NCBI RefSeq assembly: GCF_001194135.2
Contig: NC_068987.1
Span: 16,781,160 to 16,832,552 of the forward strand
DNA length: 51,393 nt
Source of the DNA: Octopus bimaculoides
Lineage: Eukaryota
Reading direction: 5' to 3'
Of the stretch, positions 11,969 to 22,877 are shown one piece after another. Within the stretch, counting starts at the first letter, position 1, and each line of letters starts with the position of its first letter. The notes beneath the pieces are model-generated. The model ran no database searches and was not told where the DNA came from. It saw only the letters and a program-made list of their open reading frames with translations. Position numbers and translations under genes: made by a program.

Positions 11969-12937
11969 TACGCACACATATTCGCATATAAACTTTTCGG
12001 CCATTGGCAATTGGCTATCATGCGTAAACAGACTAAGAAGCATATGCCATATTAATACTACGTAGCCATCTTCTCAACAGAAAAAGGATAAAGTAATTAT
12101 GATTAAAAACAGTATCATTCTACCATCACCAAAAAACAAACAAGCTGTGTCCGACGTAACTGCTTGCAATCTAAATAAAGAGATAGATGTTATTACACAA
12201 TTCTTGCTATAACAACAGACAAAGCATAACTATATGCGAGACGGTCAAGTTTCCACACTACATGTATAATTTACAGCTGCATCAAACCTCAAAAGGGAAA
12301 ATTCGTCAATACAAAATTTGATAGAATAATCCAAAGCTAAAAATAACGTCGTATCACACATGAGTGGGTAATGTATGAAAATACATTCTCAATGCCAAAG
12401 AAATTAGGAAAAATAGAATTAGAGTCTTTAGTAGAGAGTATAAATGCAAATAACAAATAAAAGTGTGAAAAATAACTTATAGGTGGACAGAATTAAAATG
12501 CATAAATATTCTCATGGACAAGCGAAAGAACATCTCAAGGAATAAACTTAACAAGGAAATATGAATAACAAATACACATTTAGCCACTGCAAACTTAATA
12601 GAAACAGACAGGAACATCAATGACACCAGGTTAAATGAAATATTCTATGTAACACCAACTGTTGTTACAAAGAAGAGTGGGTACACTCTCAGACCGAGCC
12701 GACCTATTGTCATGGAAAGTAAGATACAGAAGCATATAGAAAATAAGATAGAAAATATAGTTTTCATTGAAATCAATAACAAAACGGCTCAAATATAGAA
12801 TTCTCAGTTGGATGCAAAATGAATTAGAAAAATACAGGAAATAAAGACTATCTTTAAAGTGCACTCACCAAAATCTGACAGGAGAATTATATTTACTACG
12901 AATACAGAGAGTAGAATCTTCATAAAGTAGAAAACTA

Positions 12938-13434
12938 TTGGGTGGGTGCATAATTATTGCGCCGGTTTTTTTCAACAAATTTTATTCAACGAAAGCAATA
13001 ACAACATGTAAGAAAAACGTCTTGAAATAATTATTCCGGAGCATATTCACCGTCTACTTCAATTACTGCTTCCTAATTGCTTGGCAGACGGTCAGACCGT
13101 CATTTAAATATGTTTCTTATTTCTTTATTGCCCACAAGGGGCTAAACATAGAAGGGACAGACATAGGGATTAAGTCGATTACAACAACCTCAGTGCGTAA
13201 CTGGTACTTAATTTATGGACCCCGAAAGGATGAAAGGCAAAGTCGGCCTCGACGGAATTTGAACTCAGAACGTAACGGCAGACGAAATACTGCTCAGCAT
13301 TTCTCCCGGCGGGGTAACGTTTCTTCCTGCTCGCCGCCGTCATATAAAGATGTTTGTTAAGTATTGTTATTGCTTTTGTTGAATAAAGTTTGTTGGAAAA
13401 AAAAAAAAGCCGCAATAATTATGCACCAACCAAA
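12938..13434 (-). mobile_element. Mariner-derived MITE, about 257 bp without the nested SINE
   Basis: TA TSDs at 12936-12937 and 13435-13436. TIRs TTGGGTGGGTGCATAATTATTGCG / CGCAATAATTATGCACCAACCAAA, with the inverted match extending about 70 bp. Retains the transposase C-terminus DRLPSN*EAVIEVDGEYAPE* on minus (13031-13100). Confidence 0.9.
13116..13338 (-). mobile_element. SINE family A inserted in the MITE, with 19-bp TSD
   Basis: Full head to tail. Flanking direct repeats CCGTCATTTAAATATGTTT (13097-13115) and CCGTCATATAAAGATGTTT (13337-13355) match at 17/19. Confidence 0.9.
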
Positions 13435-14512
13435 TATCATAAAACAACTATGGCAAGTCTAAAAACACAAAGAACGAAAACAATATATTTTGTTTTATTT
13501 TCAGGAAAAACAAAAAAAATACAAAGAAGAAATTGATATAATAAACATTTAAACAAGAAAAATAAGAAACAGCAGAAATTTTGGAAAATCAGAAAGCTAA
13601 GCTAGATATCGGACTATAGGGTGTCATAATACTCAATGGTTAGCAACAAAAGCCCTTATATGGCTAATACATGTAAAGCTAAACAGAGACTGGAATAAAT
13701 TAATACTAATTGCAGCACTTACTTAGAAACACAAAACCCCTGGCTGGAACAGAAATATATTGACTGTAGTACAAAATCTTAACCTTCTCTCGAGAAGATA
13801 CTAAAAATAACCTATAATGGAGGAGAATACATTAGGCTGAGAAGAAACAAGTAATCATATTTCTGTGGTTGCACAGTTTTAGTCAAAAATACATGCATCT
13901 ATGTTTAAGACAGTTTTGACAGAGTTGAAGCTTTCATATATAAGAAATCAGCCGAGCGTTATGAAATAATGACAGGAAAGTGATTGTATAATTGTACAAC
14001 TGAAAATGCCTGAGAGAATGATAAAAAAGCTGAACTCAGGTATACGGCAGGCCAAGCAAACTAAGGGAAATCAAAGCTAATCGACTAGATGTTATTGTTA
14101 TAGACCGGGAAGAAAGGTGTTTCCTAGTTCGAATATCAGTCCTAAAAGGAGATAACATATCCCTAAAGTAAATGGATAAAATTATCCAACTACAAAAATC
14201 GGAATATAGAGGTAATCAGAATGTAGTCGTCTCTATTTCGTGATCTTAATATTTGGATAAAACATAACGTGCCTTGGGAATGATTAACAATGATGTGGTC
14301 AACATAAATAATGGAAATCTCAAGACTTACACATATGCTCAGCATATAGCAAATAACATTATTAAACACATCATACAAAGCACATCTTATGCAGTGTGCG
14401 TTTTATGCAATAAAGAATCACAAAAACAACACAAACAGTCCATGTACTGAAGGCACACAGAGCTAAACATTACTGCGTAATAAAAACACGAAATAACAAT
14501 AGAAGTAGTGAA

Positions 14513-14513
14513 A

Positions 14514-14588
<75 letters not shown>

Positions 14589-14590
14589 TT
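14513..14590. repeat. (CTA)n-(ATA)n microsatellite
   Basis: Direct reading. Confidence 0.95.
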
Positions 14591-14844
14591 CATGTACCAT
14601 AAAGGCATCTGTTGAGCAGGAATAATACAATGCAGTTTGCAATTTGTGTTTACCTAAAAAGGTAAGGGGAAGAAAGAGGATATGAGAGAATAGCATACGT
14701 TTTATATAAAATATGTGAAGATATAGTTCAGGTAGTCGTCTTGATACAGGAAAATAAGGGTCAACCTGATCACCAAGAGCAGAAGTCCCGCCCAAGCTGT
14801 GGTTCTCCAATCTACAGCCACATACTGAGAGTAGTTCAGTTCAT

Positions 14845-15319
14845 AAATGCCCGGATGCAGTACCAGGCAGTGGCTCTCATAGCTTCTGATCTTAATTGAT
14901 TGGAAGTGTTATCTTAATGGCTGACGTTATGTGCGACTCTGATCGCGAGCAGAAGTAGTGGAGGAGCATCACAGCCATGTGTTGAGAGGAATTCTTTGGG
15001 GTTTGAATAATTCACGTTTGGAAACATGGGTGTTTTGCTCAACATCCTTAAAAGAAACCTTATTCAGGGACCTTTTGAGCGGGATAGGCTACTCGACCTG
15101 AAGAAAATTCTAACTGGGCCCCACCTGCGAGGTAATGCGCTGTTTATTTTGATATGAGATCACCATGTCGCGCACATATGGTTGTGATACATGTGCCTGA
15201 TGTACCCTCATCAGATGGGCAGTCTGATATACGAAGCCCATTATACCCATCATGGGTATAATGGACTTCGTATATTTTACCGCAGTATCACTTTGATGGC
15301 ATGCGCTGCTCTCTCATTC

Positions 15320-15373
<54 letters not shown>
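14845..15373 (+). mobile_element. Family F interspersed repeat ending in (AAT)18
   Basis: Shares its start AAATGCCC.GATGCAGTACC and end CTGCTCTCTCAYTC(AAT)n with 34123-34252. Partial overlap with 16234-16389. Confidence 0.75.
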
Positions 15374-15375
15374 TT

Positions 15376-15726
15376 ATGATTCAGTGCGACCATGAGATAG
15401 AAAATAGGAAGCCAGACATAGTCTTAATTGAGAAAGAAAGTAAACTATGCTGGATAATAGATATAGCATACTCAGCTGACAACAATGTATGCGATAGGGA
15501 CGAAAGAAAAGTCGATAGGTATGACAGGTTAGTTTGGGAGTTAAAGCAGTTGCGGTCGATGGAAAAGGTGGTAGTGGTACCAATAATTGTCAGAGCCATG
15601 GGAACAGTGAGTAAAAATCTCGAGAAGTATATGGAGGAAATAGGGGCTGCAATAAGGGTTGAGCACTTGCAGAAAACAGCACTGCTTGGAACCGCTCGAA
15701 TACACCGGAAGGTGCTCGAAAAATAA
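15376..15726 (+). pseudogene. C-terminal restriction-like endonuclease (PD-D/ExK) of a 5'-truncated R4/Dong LINE
   Basis: Open 116-aa frame with RKPDIVLIEK..CWIIDIA..K..RY..L..ELKQL..VVVPIIV.AMG.VSKNLEK..LQKTALLGTARI.RKVL. The element spans about 15374-15803 between (AAT)18 and (AAT)19. Confidence 0.9.
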
Positions 15727-15803
15727 GAGGTGTTACCTTAGTTCACTGGTACTGAACAGCTAACACCATAGTATATTTCCAGCGCTAGAAGTTGTGCAAT
15801 GGC

Positions 15804-15860
<57 letters not shown>

Positions 15861-15916
15861 CCTTTCTACTATAAGCAAAAGGCCTGAAATTAGAGGGAGG
15901 GGAATAGTCGATTACG
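15861..15916 (-). mobile_element. SINE family A 3' tail fragment
   Basis: CCTTTCTACTATAAGCAAAAGGCCTGAAATT..AGTCGATTAC, abutting (AAT)n. Confidence 0.7.
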
Positions 15917-16233
15917 TAACATTCTTGTTAAGTATAAAGCCATAAAAAAAGCGTTTTAGATAAGCAGTAAAAATCCAATGACCCAAAATAAACAAAAAAA
16001 AAACCCATTCAATGCTACAACAAGACCGGTTAATTTAAAAATATGTCACCTGCAGTGTTCAGAACAAAAGTTTCTATACGCTATTTGACGTAATTTGTCT
16101 CAAACAGGCCATATTTTCCATATAAATGCGACGGCGTAGATCTTGAATAAATTCAGCCGTTATATAAACTGGTTTTGTTAGTTAATTTCCTTGAAATCTA
16201 CACATATTTTCTATGTAAAAACGGAATTTTGAA

Positions 16234-16389
16234 AATGGCTTTCATGGCTTTTGATCTTAGCAGATTGGAAGTGTTATCATGCACATATTTTGTCTTGGTG
16301 TAAATGATGGGCTGCAGTAAATATTCTTCTCTGTACGGCAAATTTGCTTGTCAGTTGCTTGCGCTTAACCATTAACCAGTTGAGTATGT
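16234..16389 (+). mobile_element. Family F fragment
   Basis: CATGGCTT.TGATCTTA.C.GATTGGAAGTGTTATCATG.ACAT..TTTGTCTTGGT is shared with the 34123 copy. Confidence 0.75.
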
Positions 16390-16458
16390 CGGCCAAACTA
16401 CATATCTAAACAAATCAGAAATATAAAATAACTAGCTGATTAGTTTCTAACCACCGCT

Positions 16459-16926
16459 GTCATTATCAATGACAAAAACCTGAGGTATATAAGACCCTCT
16501 CATATATGCGGAACAAAGTGAACACGGACGTCTCTCTTGATGATGAAATAACGAACCGTAAAGCAAAAGTTACACATGCTTTTGACAAACTTTGTCGTTG
16601 TCCGTAGGATCAGTGGGGAATCTCATTAAAAGCAAAATATTGTCTATAGAGCTGTAGTTAACAAGCGTGATGCGTTTCGTAAATAATGTCTTCAGATCAT
16701 TTGCAGATAAAACCTAAATTATGGAATTTCGAATATTTACCCGTTCTCTAAAGGTAGAATTAGTGATATTGAAAACCGTTCTTTTGTAGTCCTAATTAAG
16801 ATGGATTGGTCATACCATCAGAATGAGTGACAACAGAATTCCAAATATTGTTATGATGAAAGGAGCAAGAAACATAGGATGACCATGACAGGGGTACAAT
16901 GACAAGCTCAAAGCTAACCTATGAGC
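16459..16926 (+). pseudogene. Decayed RTE-clade (BovB-like) LINE, post-RT C-terminal region
   Basis: Translates to SLDDEITNRKAK..AFDKL..*DQWGISLKAK/VYRAVV...LRWIGHTIRMSDNRIP, with stops and frameshifts. Confidence 0.8.
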
Positions 16927-16962
16927 AACAAAGATCTCTCCAGAAAATTTGAAAGAAATCTG

Positions 16963-17242
16963 TATGCTCAGCGGTATTTCGTCTGTCTTTATGTTCTGAG
17001 TTCAAATTCCGCTGAGGTCGAATTTGCTTTTATCCTTTCAGGATCGATAAATTAAGTACCAGTTGCGTACTGGGGACGATCTAATCGACAGGTCCTCCCC
17101 ACAAAAAAAAATTTCGGGCCTTGTGCCTATTGTAGAAAACAATATTGTTGAGGTACTGAGGCGGCGAGGTGGCAGAAATGTTAGCACGCCGGGCGAAATG
17201 CTTAGCGGTATTTCGTCTGTCTGTAATTTCTGAATACAAAAG
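16963..17242 (+). mobile_element. SINE family A copy lacking its first bases (16963-17140), followed by a head-only copy (17158-17242)
   Basis: Homology to other A copies. The second piece is flanked by 15/17 direct repeats at 17141-17157 and 17243-17259. Confidence 0.8.
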
Positions 17243-17927
17243 AATATTGTTAGGGTACTTTTGATGAAGAACTGTATTTTATTCTTTTGGTTATGCACAA
17301 GGTTTGATTATCAGCCAGATTTATACTTTTTTCTTTGGTGTGTGTTTAGACAAGTAAAATTTATGTAGCAAAGAAACATGATCATTAGATGGGAACAAGA
17401 ATTATAAATTATAATTATCGTGTGTATTAACTCTGAAAGAATGGGTGGTAAAATAAGACTTTAACATAGAACATTAAGCACAACAACTATATATCCTAAT
17501 GCTTTTCTTTTGTCCCAACCATTTTCATTATAGCTTTATAACTGCGCATGATTTATCAAGAGAAATAGAGAGCATGGTTGAGAGAATGAGAAAGAGATAG
17601 GGAGAGGTTGACAGAGGAAGGAAAGCATGCGAAAGAAAGGGAGAGAGAGAGAGAATAGGAAGGAGAGTTAGAGAGAGAGAGGGTGAAGAAAGAGAAAAAG
17701 AAAGGTGGAGAGACGAAATATCTCTCCTTTTGTATTTCCTAACGAAATATTCTGGAAGTTCAACTCAGACATTTTGACAGGTTTATAACTCGAATTCAAC
17801 TATCATTTACCTTGTTAATTTTGTCTAAAATATATCATAGTGTATGCAATGTGACGCTTGATACTGCTATACAAAGTACAGTCAACCACCGATATTTTAA
17901 CAATTCTGTCAGCTTTCTACACTGAAA

Positions 17928-18729
17928 TGGTCTCTGACCCAAACCCAGCAATTTGGAGGGGAGGGGATAAGTCGAATTTATCGACGTCAATTCTTGCCAG
18001 TTTGTTTTATTAACCCCAGAGAAATGATAGACAAAGTCTACTATAGCGGAATTTGAACTCTGAATGTAAAGAGCGGAAACAAATGCCACAAGGTATTTTC
18101 TACGATGCCCTAACGATTCTGCCAGCTCGCCAGTTTTAAATAGCTTCTGATTAAGCTCTATTTTAAGGGGACGAGATTAGTTAATATAATCGAACCCAGT
18201 GCTTGATCAGTACTTTTTTTTTATCGACCTGGAGATATGAAAGACAAAGTTGACCTTGACAGGATCTGAACTCAATGTACAGTGAGGACACAAGTCATCG
18301 CCCTTAAATGGTTTCTGATTTAGTCACAAGGCCAACAATTTTAGGGATCGGGAATTAGTCGATTACATCAACCCCAGTACATGACTGATACCTTATTTTG
18401 TCATCGCTGAAGGGATAGATGAAATGCTAAGTCGACTTTGGCAGTACTAGGAGTCAGAACGTCAAGAGATCAGACAAAATACCTGAAAACATTGTCTCCT
18501 GTTCTAACGGTTCTGTCAGTCTACCGCCCGCTAATAACTGCTTATAACATAGGTGCGACCCTTAAATTTTGGGGAAAGATTTAGTAGATTATAACTTGAC
18601 TAGTACTTTATTTAATCAACCTCAGAATGATGAACTGTGAGGTTAAACCCGGTGAAATTTGAACTTGTAACGCGAAGGTCTGTATCTAAACGCTACACGG
18701 CATTTTGCCCGCACACGCCTGATTCTTAC
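17928..18729 (-). mobile_element. Head-to-tail cluster of four diverged family A SINEs
   Basis: Copies at about 17928-18131, 18141-18282, 18309-18528 and 18541-18729. Each shows tail, GTCGATT..CCCAGT and B-box TGAACTC similarity. Confidence 0.75.
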
Positions 18730-18731
18730 AC

Positions 18732-19109
18732 TGTTGGCACTCCGTCGGTTACGACGACGAGGGTTCCAGTTGATCCGATCAACGGAAAAGCCTGCTCGTG
18801 AAATTAACGTGCAAGTGGCTGAGCACTCCACAGACACGTGTACCCTTAACATAGTTCTCGGGGATATTCAGCGTGACACAGTGTGACAAGGCTGGCCCTT
18901 TGAATTACAGGCACAACAGAAACAGGAAGTAAGAGTGAGAGTTCTGGTGAAAGGGTACAGCAGGGTTTACCACCATCCTCTGCTGGAGCCTCGTGGTACT
19001 TTAGGTGTTTTCGCTCAATAAACACTCACAACGCCCGGAGTGGGAATCGAAACCGCGATCCTACGACCGCGAATCCGCTGACCTAACCACTGGGCCATTG
19101 CGCCTCCAC
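18732..19109 (-). mobile_element. tRNA-derived SINE, family E, full length
   Basis: Reverse complement of 36286-36665 along its whole length. A-box TGGCCCAGTGG and B-box GGTTTCGATTCCC. Confidence 0.9.
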
Positions 19110-20226
19110 AATTCTTACAAACACTAACTGATATTTATTTTATTCTTTCATCGATTACATTGCTGTTTATTTTTCTTTAGCTTAACATTTTTAAAGTTTC
19201 CAAGCATTAAGAATGCTTTTACTCCCTTGTTTATATTTTACCATGTGGTTGGCGCCAGATAATTGTTTAATTTATAAACCATTTTCAATCCAATCTTTCC
19301 TACTCTGCCTCCTCATCCTCCTCATCCTCTTGCTCCTTTTTTTTTTNNNNNNNNNNNNNNNNNNNNNNNNNNNNNNNNNNNNNNNNNNNNNNNNNNNNNN
19401 NNNNNNNNNNNNNNNNNNNNNNNNNNNNNNNNNNNNNNNNNNNNNNNNNNNNNNNNNNNNNNNNNNNNNNNNNNNNNNNNNNNNNNNNNNNNNNNNNNNN
19501 NNNNNNNNNNNNNNNNNNNNNNNNNNNNNNNNNNNNNNNNNNNNNNNNNNNNNNNNNNNNNNNNNNNNNNNNNNNNNNNNNNNNNNNNNNNNNNNNNNNN
19601 NNNNNNNNNNNNNNNNNNNNNNNNNNNNNNNNNNNNNNNNNNNNNNNNNNNNNNNNNNNNNNNNNNNNNNNNNNNNNNNNNNNNNNNNNNNNNNNNNNNN
19701 NNNNNNNNNNNNNNNNNNNNNNNNNNNNNNNNNNNNNNNNNNNNNNNNNNNNNNNNNNNNNNNNNNNNNNNNNNNNNNNNNNNNNNNNNNNNNNNNNNNN
19801 NNNNNNNNNNNNNNNNNNNNNNNNNNNNNNNNNNNNNNNNNNNNNNNNNNNNNNNNNNNNNNNNNNNNNNNNNNNNNNNNNNNNNNNNNNNNNNNNNNNN
19901 NNNNNNNNNNNNNNNNNNNNNNNNNNNNNNNNNNNNNNNNNNNNNNNNNNNNNNNNNNNNNNNNNNNNNNNNNNNNNNNNNNNNNNNNNNNNNNNNNNNN
20001 NNNNNNNNNNNNNNNNNNNNNNNNNNNNNNNNNNNNNNNNNNNNNNNNNNNNNNNNNNNNNNNNNNNNNNNNNNNNNNNNNNNNNNNNNNNNNNNNNNNN
20101 NNNNNNNNNNNNNNNNNNNNNNNNNNNNNNNNNNNNNNNNNNNNNNNNNNNNNNNNNNNNNNNNNNNNNNNNNNNNNNNNNNNNNNNNNNNNNNNNNNNN
20201 NNNTATATATATATATATATATATAT

Positions 20227-20580
20227 GCGAAGGAGTGGCTGTGTGATAAGAAGCTTGCTTCCCAACCATGTGTTTCGGGTTCAGTCCCATTACGTGGCAC
20301 CTTGGGCAAGTGTCTTCTACTATAGGCTCGGGCTGACCTAAGTCTTGTGAGTGGATTTAGGAATCCCGTCGTATGTGTGTCTGTGTTTGTCCCCCCCGCC
20401 ATCGCTTGACAACCGATGTTTGTGTGATTACGTCCTCGTAACTTAGAGGTTCGGCATAAGAGAACGATAGAATAATTACTAGATTTACAAAGAATAAATC
20501 CTGAGGTCGATTTGTTCGACTAAAGGCGTTGCTCTAGCATCGCCGCAGTCAAATGACTGAAACAAGTAAAAGAATAAAAG
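20227..20580 (+). mobile_element. SINE family C/B, full length
   Basis: Head GGAGTGGCTGTGTG..GGGTTCAGTCCC, core CCTTGGGCAAGTGTCTTCTACTATAG, short (TG)n and tail ..GCAGTCAAATGACTGAAACAAGTAAAAG. Confidence 0.9.
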
Positions 20581-21198
20581 AATATATGTGTGTGTGTGTG
20601 TAAACTCACATACACATATATATATATTTGCAAACGTGCATATATGCACTCACACACATACATACATAAATGAAAAAACTACCGTTTGTTTAGTTTTTTT
20701 CATAATAAGGTTTCTCACTACAGAGTTGATCTGACTTTAGTTTCTCTAATGTTCCAAGCAATCAAATGGCTTTTAGCCAATTAACTCGGTAACGAATAAT
20801 TTCTTTTGCAACACAGGGTCAGACCAGATGAAACCAATTTATGGTCTCACAGCTTTAGTGCTACGTGAAATTATTACCCACCTACTTTCACTTTCTCTCT
20901 CACTCCAACCTCTCTCTCTCTCTCCACCGCTCTTGTTCACTCACTTCTTTCACTCACATTTTCACTCACTCATTCACTCACACTCTTTTATTCTATCTCT
21001 CTAGTTTCTCCTATAAGGCAGGCACCTATATTTACTACTCTACGTACACAGAGCGGTCTATCTCAGAACTAACAGGAGAAGCCTGTATGTAGACGCTAGC
21101 TCTGGAAGAAATAGTAACCAAATTTTATTCATGTACCCTGGTGTCTATTTTTGCTTTTAAGGGAGGCATATTTGATTATTGGTCAATCCTTTATATAG

Positions 21199-21630
21199 TT
21201 TTTCTTTTTTTTTGTCAAAATACAAAATATTTTCTGAATAGAGATAAGAAAGGAAAAGAAAGTAAAAGAAAAAAGTGGAGAGGGAGATGTAGTTGGGTGC
21301 TGAACCACGCCCTGCGGCAATGACCGCATTGGCGTTGCCGCGGAGAATGGCTAGTGACACTCGCTGCAGCAGCCACTCCACCTCGCAGAGCTCATTTCTT
21401 TGACGGGCCACCAATATCTCTATTTTGCGGAGGAATTGGCTGTAAGGGATCTTAGAGCGTCTGACGCCTCGACAACGACTGGTAGTAACTGATTGTAGCC
21501 AGCGAGACCCCTCTATTTGTTGATTTTTCTCTCTTCCACGTTACGGGTGGTACTGCAAGGTTGGCGACCGAGAACGTGTCGCTGCAAGTCGCATGAAAGA
21601 CAAGAAGGTCACAGCGGGAATGCTTTGATG
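21199..21630 (-). mobile_element. 3' end of a CRE-clade non-LTR retrotransposon (RLE domain), decayed
   Basis: Minus strand gives LLVFHATCSDTF...EERKINK*RGL...LPVVVEASDAL / FLRKI..EWLLQRVSLAILRGNA. This matches the CRE motifs VWDATC.DT, P.AVET.G and QR.S.A.QRGNA. An A-rich tract on minus at about 21199-21214 may be the tail. Confidence 0.75.
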
Positions 21631-21941
21631 ATGGACATGTTCCATTAGCATTGAGGTGGAGCTAAACAAGGGCAGTCACAAAAACTGTATTGCTTCCCGT
21701 TCCTATCTTAATGTCTATTTGATTTAGATGGACAAATGTTTGAATGATGTAAACAACTAACCCTAACAACCGATTCAAAATGCCCTTCATTTTCTGTCAA
21801 AATAATTATATTAAAGAAAGAAAATACTGAATCCGAAGAGATTTCTGTTGGTTTACATTGGCAAAAAATGTATTTGTTGGTGTAAGTGTAAAATTACAAT
21901 TAGTTGATTTCTATTCTTATTCATGAGGTAAAAGTTATAGT

Positions 21942-22151
21942 GGAGATGCTGGCTTAGTGGTTAAGGTATTGGATTCATAATCGTAAGATTGTGGTTTCAA
22001 TTCCTAGAATGGCGACACGTTGTTTTCTGGAGCAAAACGATTAATTTCACGGTGCTCTTGTCAACTCGGCTGGGAATATTGAGCAATCCTGCGACGCAAG
22101 GCGTCATAGAAACCGAAAAACCGGTCCCATGAACCATATGACGTGGGAGGC
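21942..22151 (+). mobile_element. SINE family D
   Basis: TGGCTTAGTGG A-box and GGTTTCAATTCC B-box. Homologous to 4211-4448. Confidence 0.8.
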
Positions 22152-22588
22152 CTAATTACACAGATGTATAAATCCTCAGACTCGGTGGGTATAGACATTG
22201 TCAATTATATCAAGGCTAACAAATGACCAGCTACCCAATTATAGTAATTTTTACTTTTATGACAATAAATTTACGTAGAGAATCTTGCTCCAAAGACACA
22301 AATTTGAAGAGTTCAACGCACTCAAGCAATATCGTTTGATGTGAAATAACCAGATTAAATAATATTTCATCCTTAACACCTAATCATGAATATCCCAACA
22401 CTTTTCTTTCTAAAATTCATATAAATGGTTTACATACATCCGCTGCTAATTCTCTTAGCAGGCTTACTAATTTCCATCCGTTGATTCGACTAATTGTATA
22501 TTGTCTATAATAGAAAGGTTTAAAATGTAAAAGGTATATATATATATATATATTACATACACACACACATATATGTATATGTATATAT

Positions 22589-22661
<73 letters not shown>

Positions 22662-22827
22662 GGTGGCAACTATACTTGTCGCCTTTCGGTTGTAAATTGC
22701 GACTAGCCACCTTATTAATTCATAATTTTCACTTCACCATTTTCGGAATCAGTCAATGTTCTCCATGATCTTATCTATAAGACTGACAAAGTGACTTAGG
22801 TTCTTTAACCCTCGGTTACAGAGAAAT

Positions 22828-22877
22828 AGGTCACTGAAGAAGATTAATCAAATCTGAAATCATCGATGATATGAGTT
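22828..22877 (+). ncRNA. Type-I hammerhead ribozyme candidate with intact catalytic core
   Basis: AGGTCA-CTGAAGA-AGATT-AATCA-AATCT-GAA-ATCA-TCGA-TGAT-A-TGAGTT. Core CUGAAGA and GAAA, 5-bp stem II, 4-bp stem III with palindromic loop, AUA triplet, and 5/6 paired stem I including one G.U. Confidence 0.7.

Larger units (their letters stand above)
12640..14510 (+). mobile_element. Heavily decayed R4/Dong-clade non-LTR retrotransposon, 3' half, interrupted by a MITE
   Basis: Frame-broken motifs in the expected order: ILSWMQNELEK, PKSD..LYL.R, ENY|HKTTM across the MITE, QQKPLYG, EETSNHI (zinc-knuckle region) and REIKANRLDVIVID...CFL (RLE). Ends at (CTA)n(ATA)n. The 5' boundary is uncertain. Confidence 0.65.

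Noticed and set aside
16665-16700. Minus-strand CTGAAGA...GAAAC
   Set aside because: No stem II pairing, and it lies within RTE coding remnant, so it is coincidental.
22662-22711. Interrupted hairpin GGTGGC..GTCGC / GCGAC..GCCACC upstream of the intact hammerhead
   Set aside because: Short arms could be chance. Worth revisiting only if the surrounding region proves to be a repeat family.
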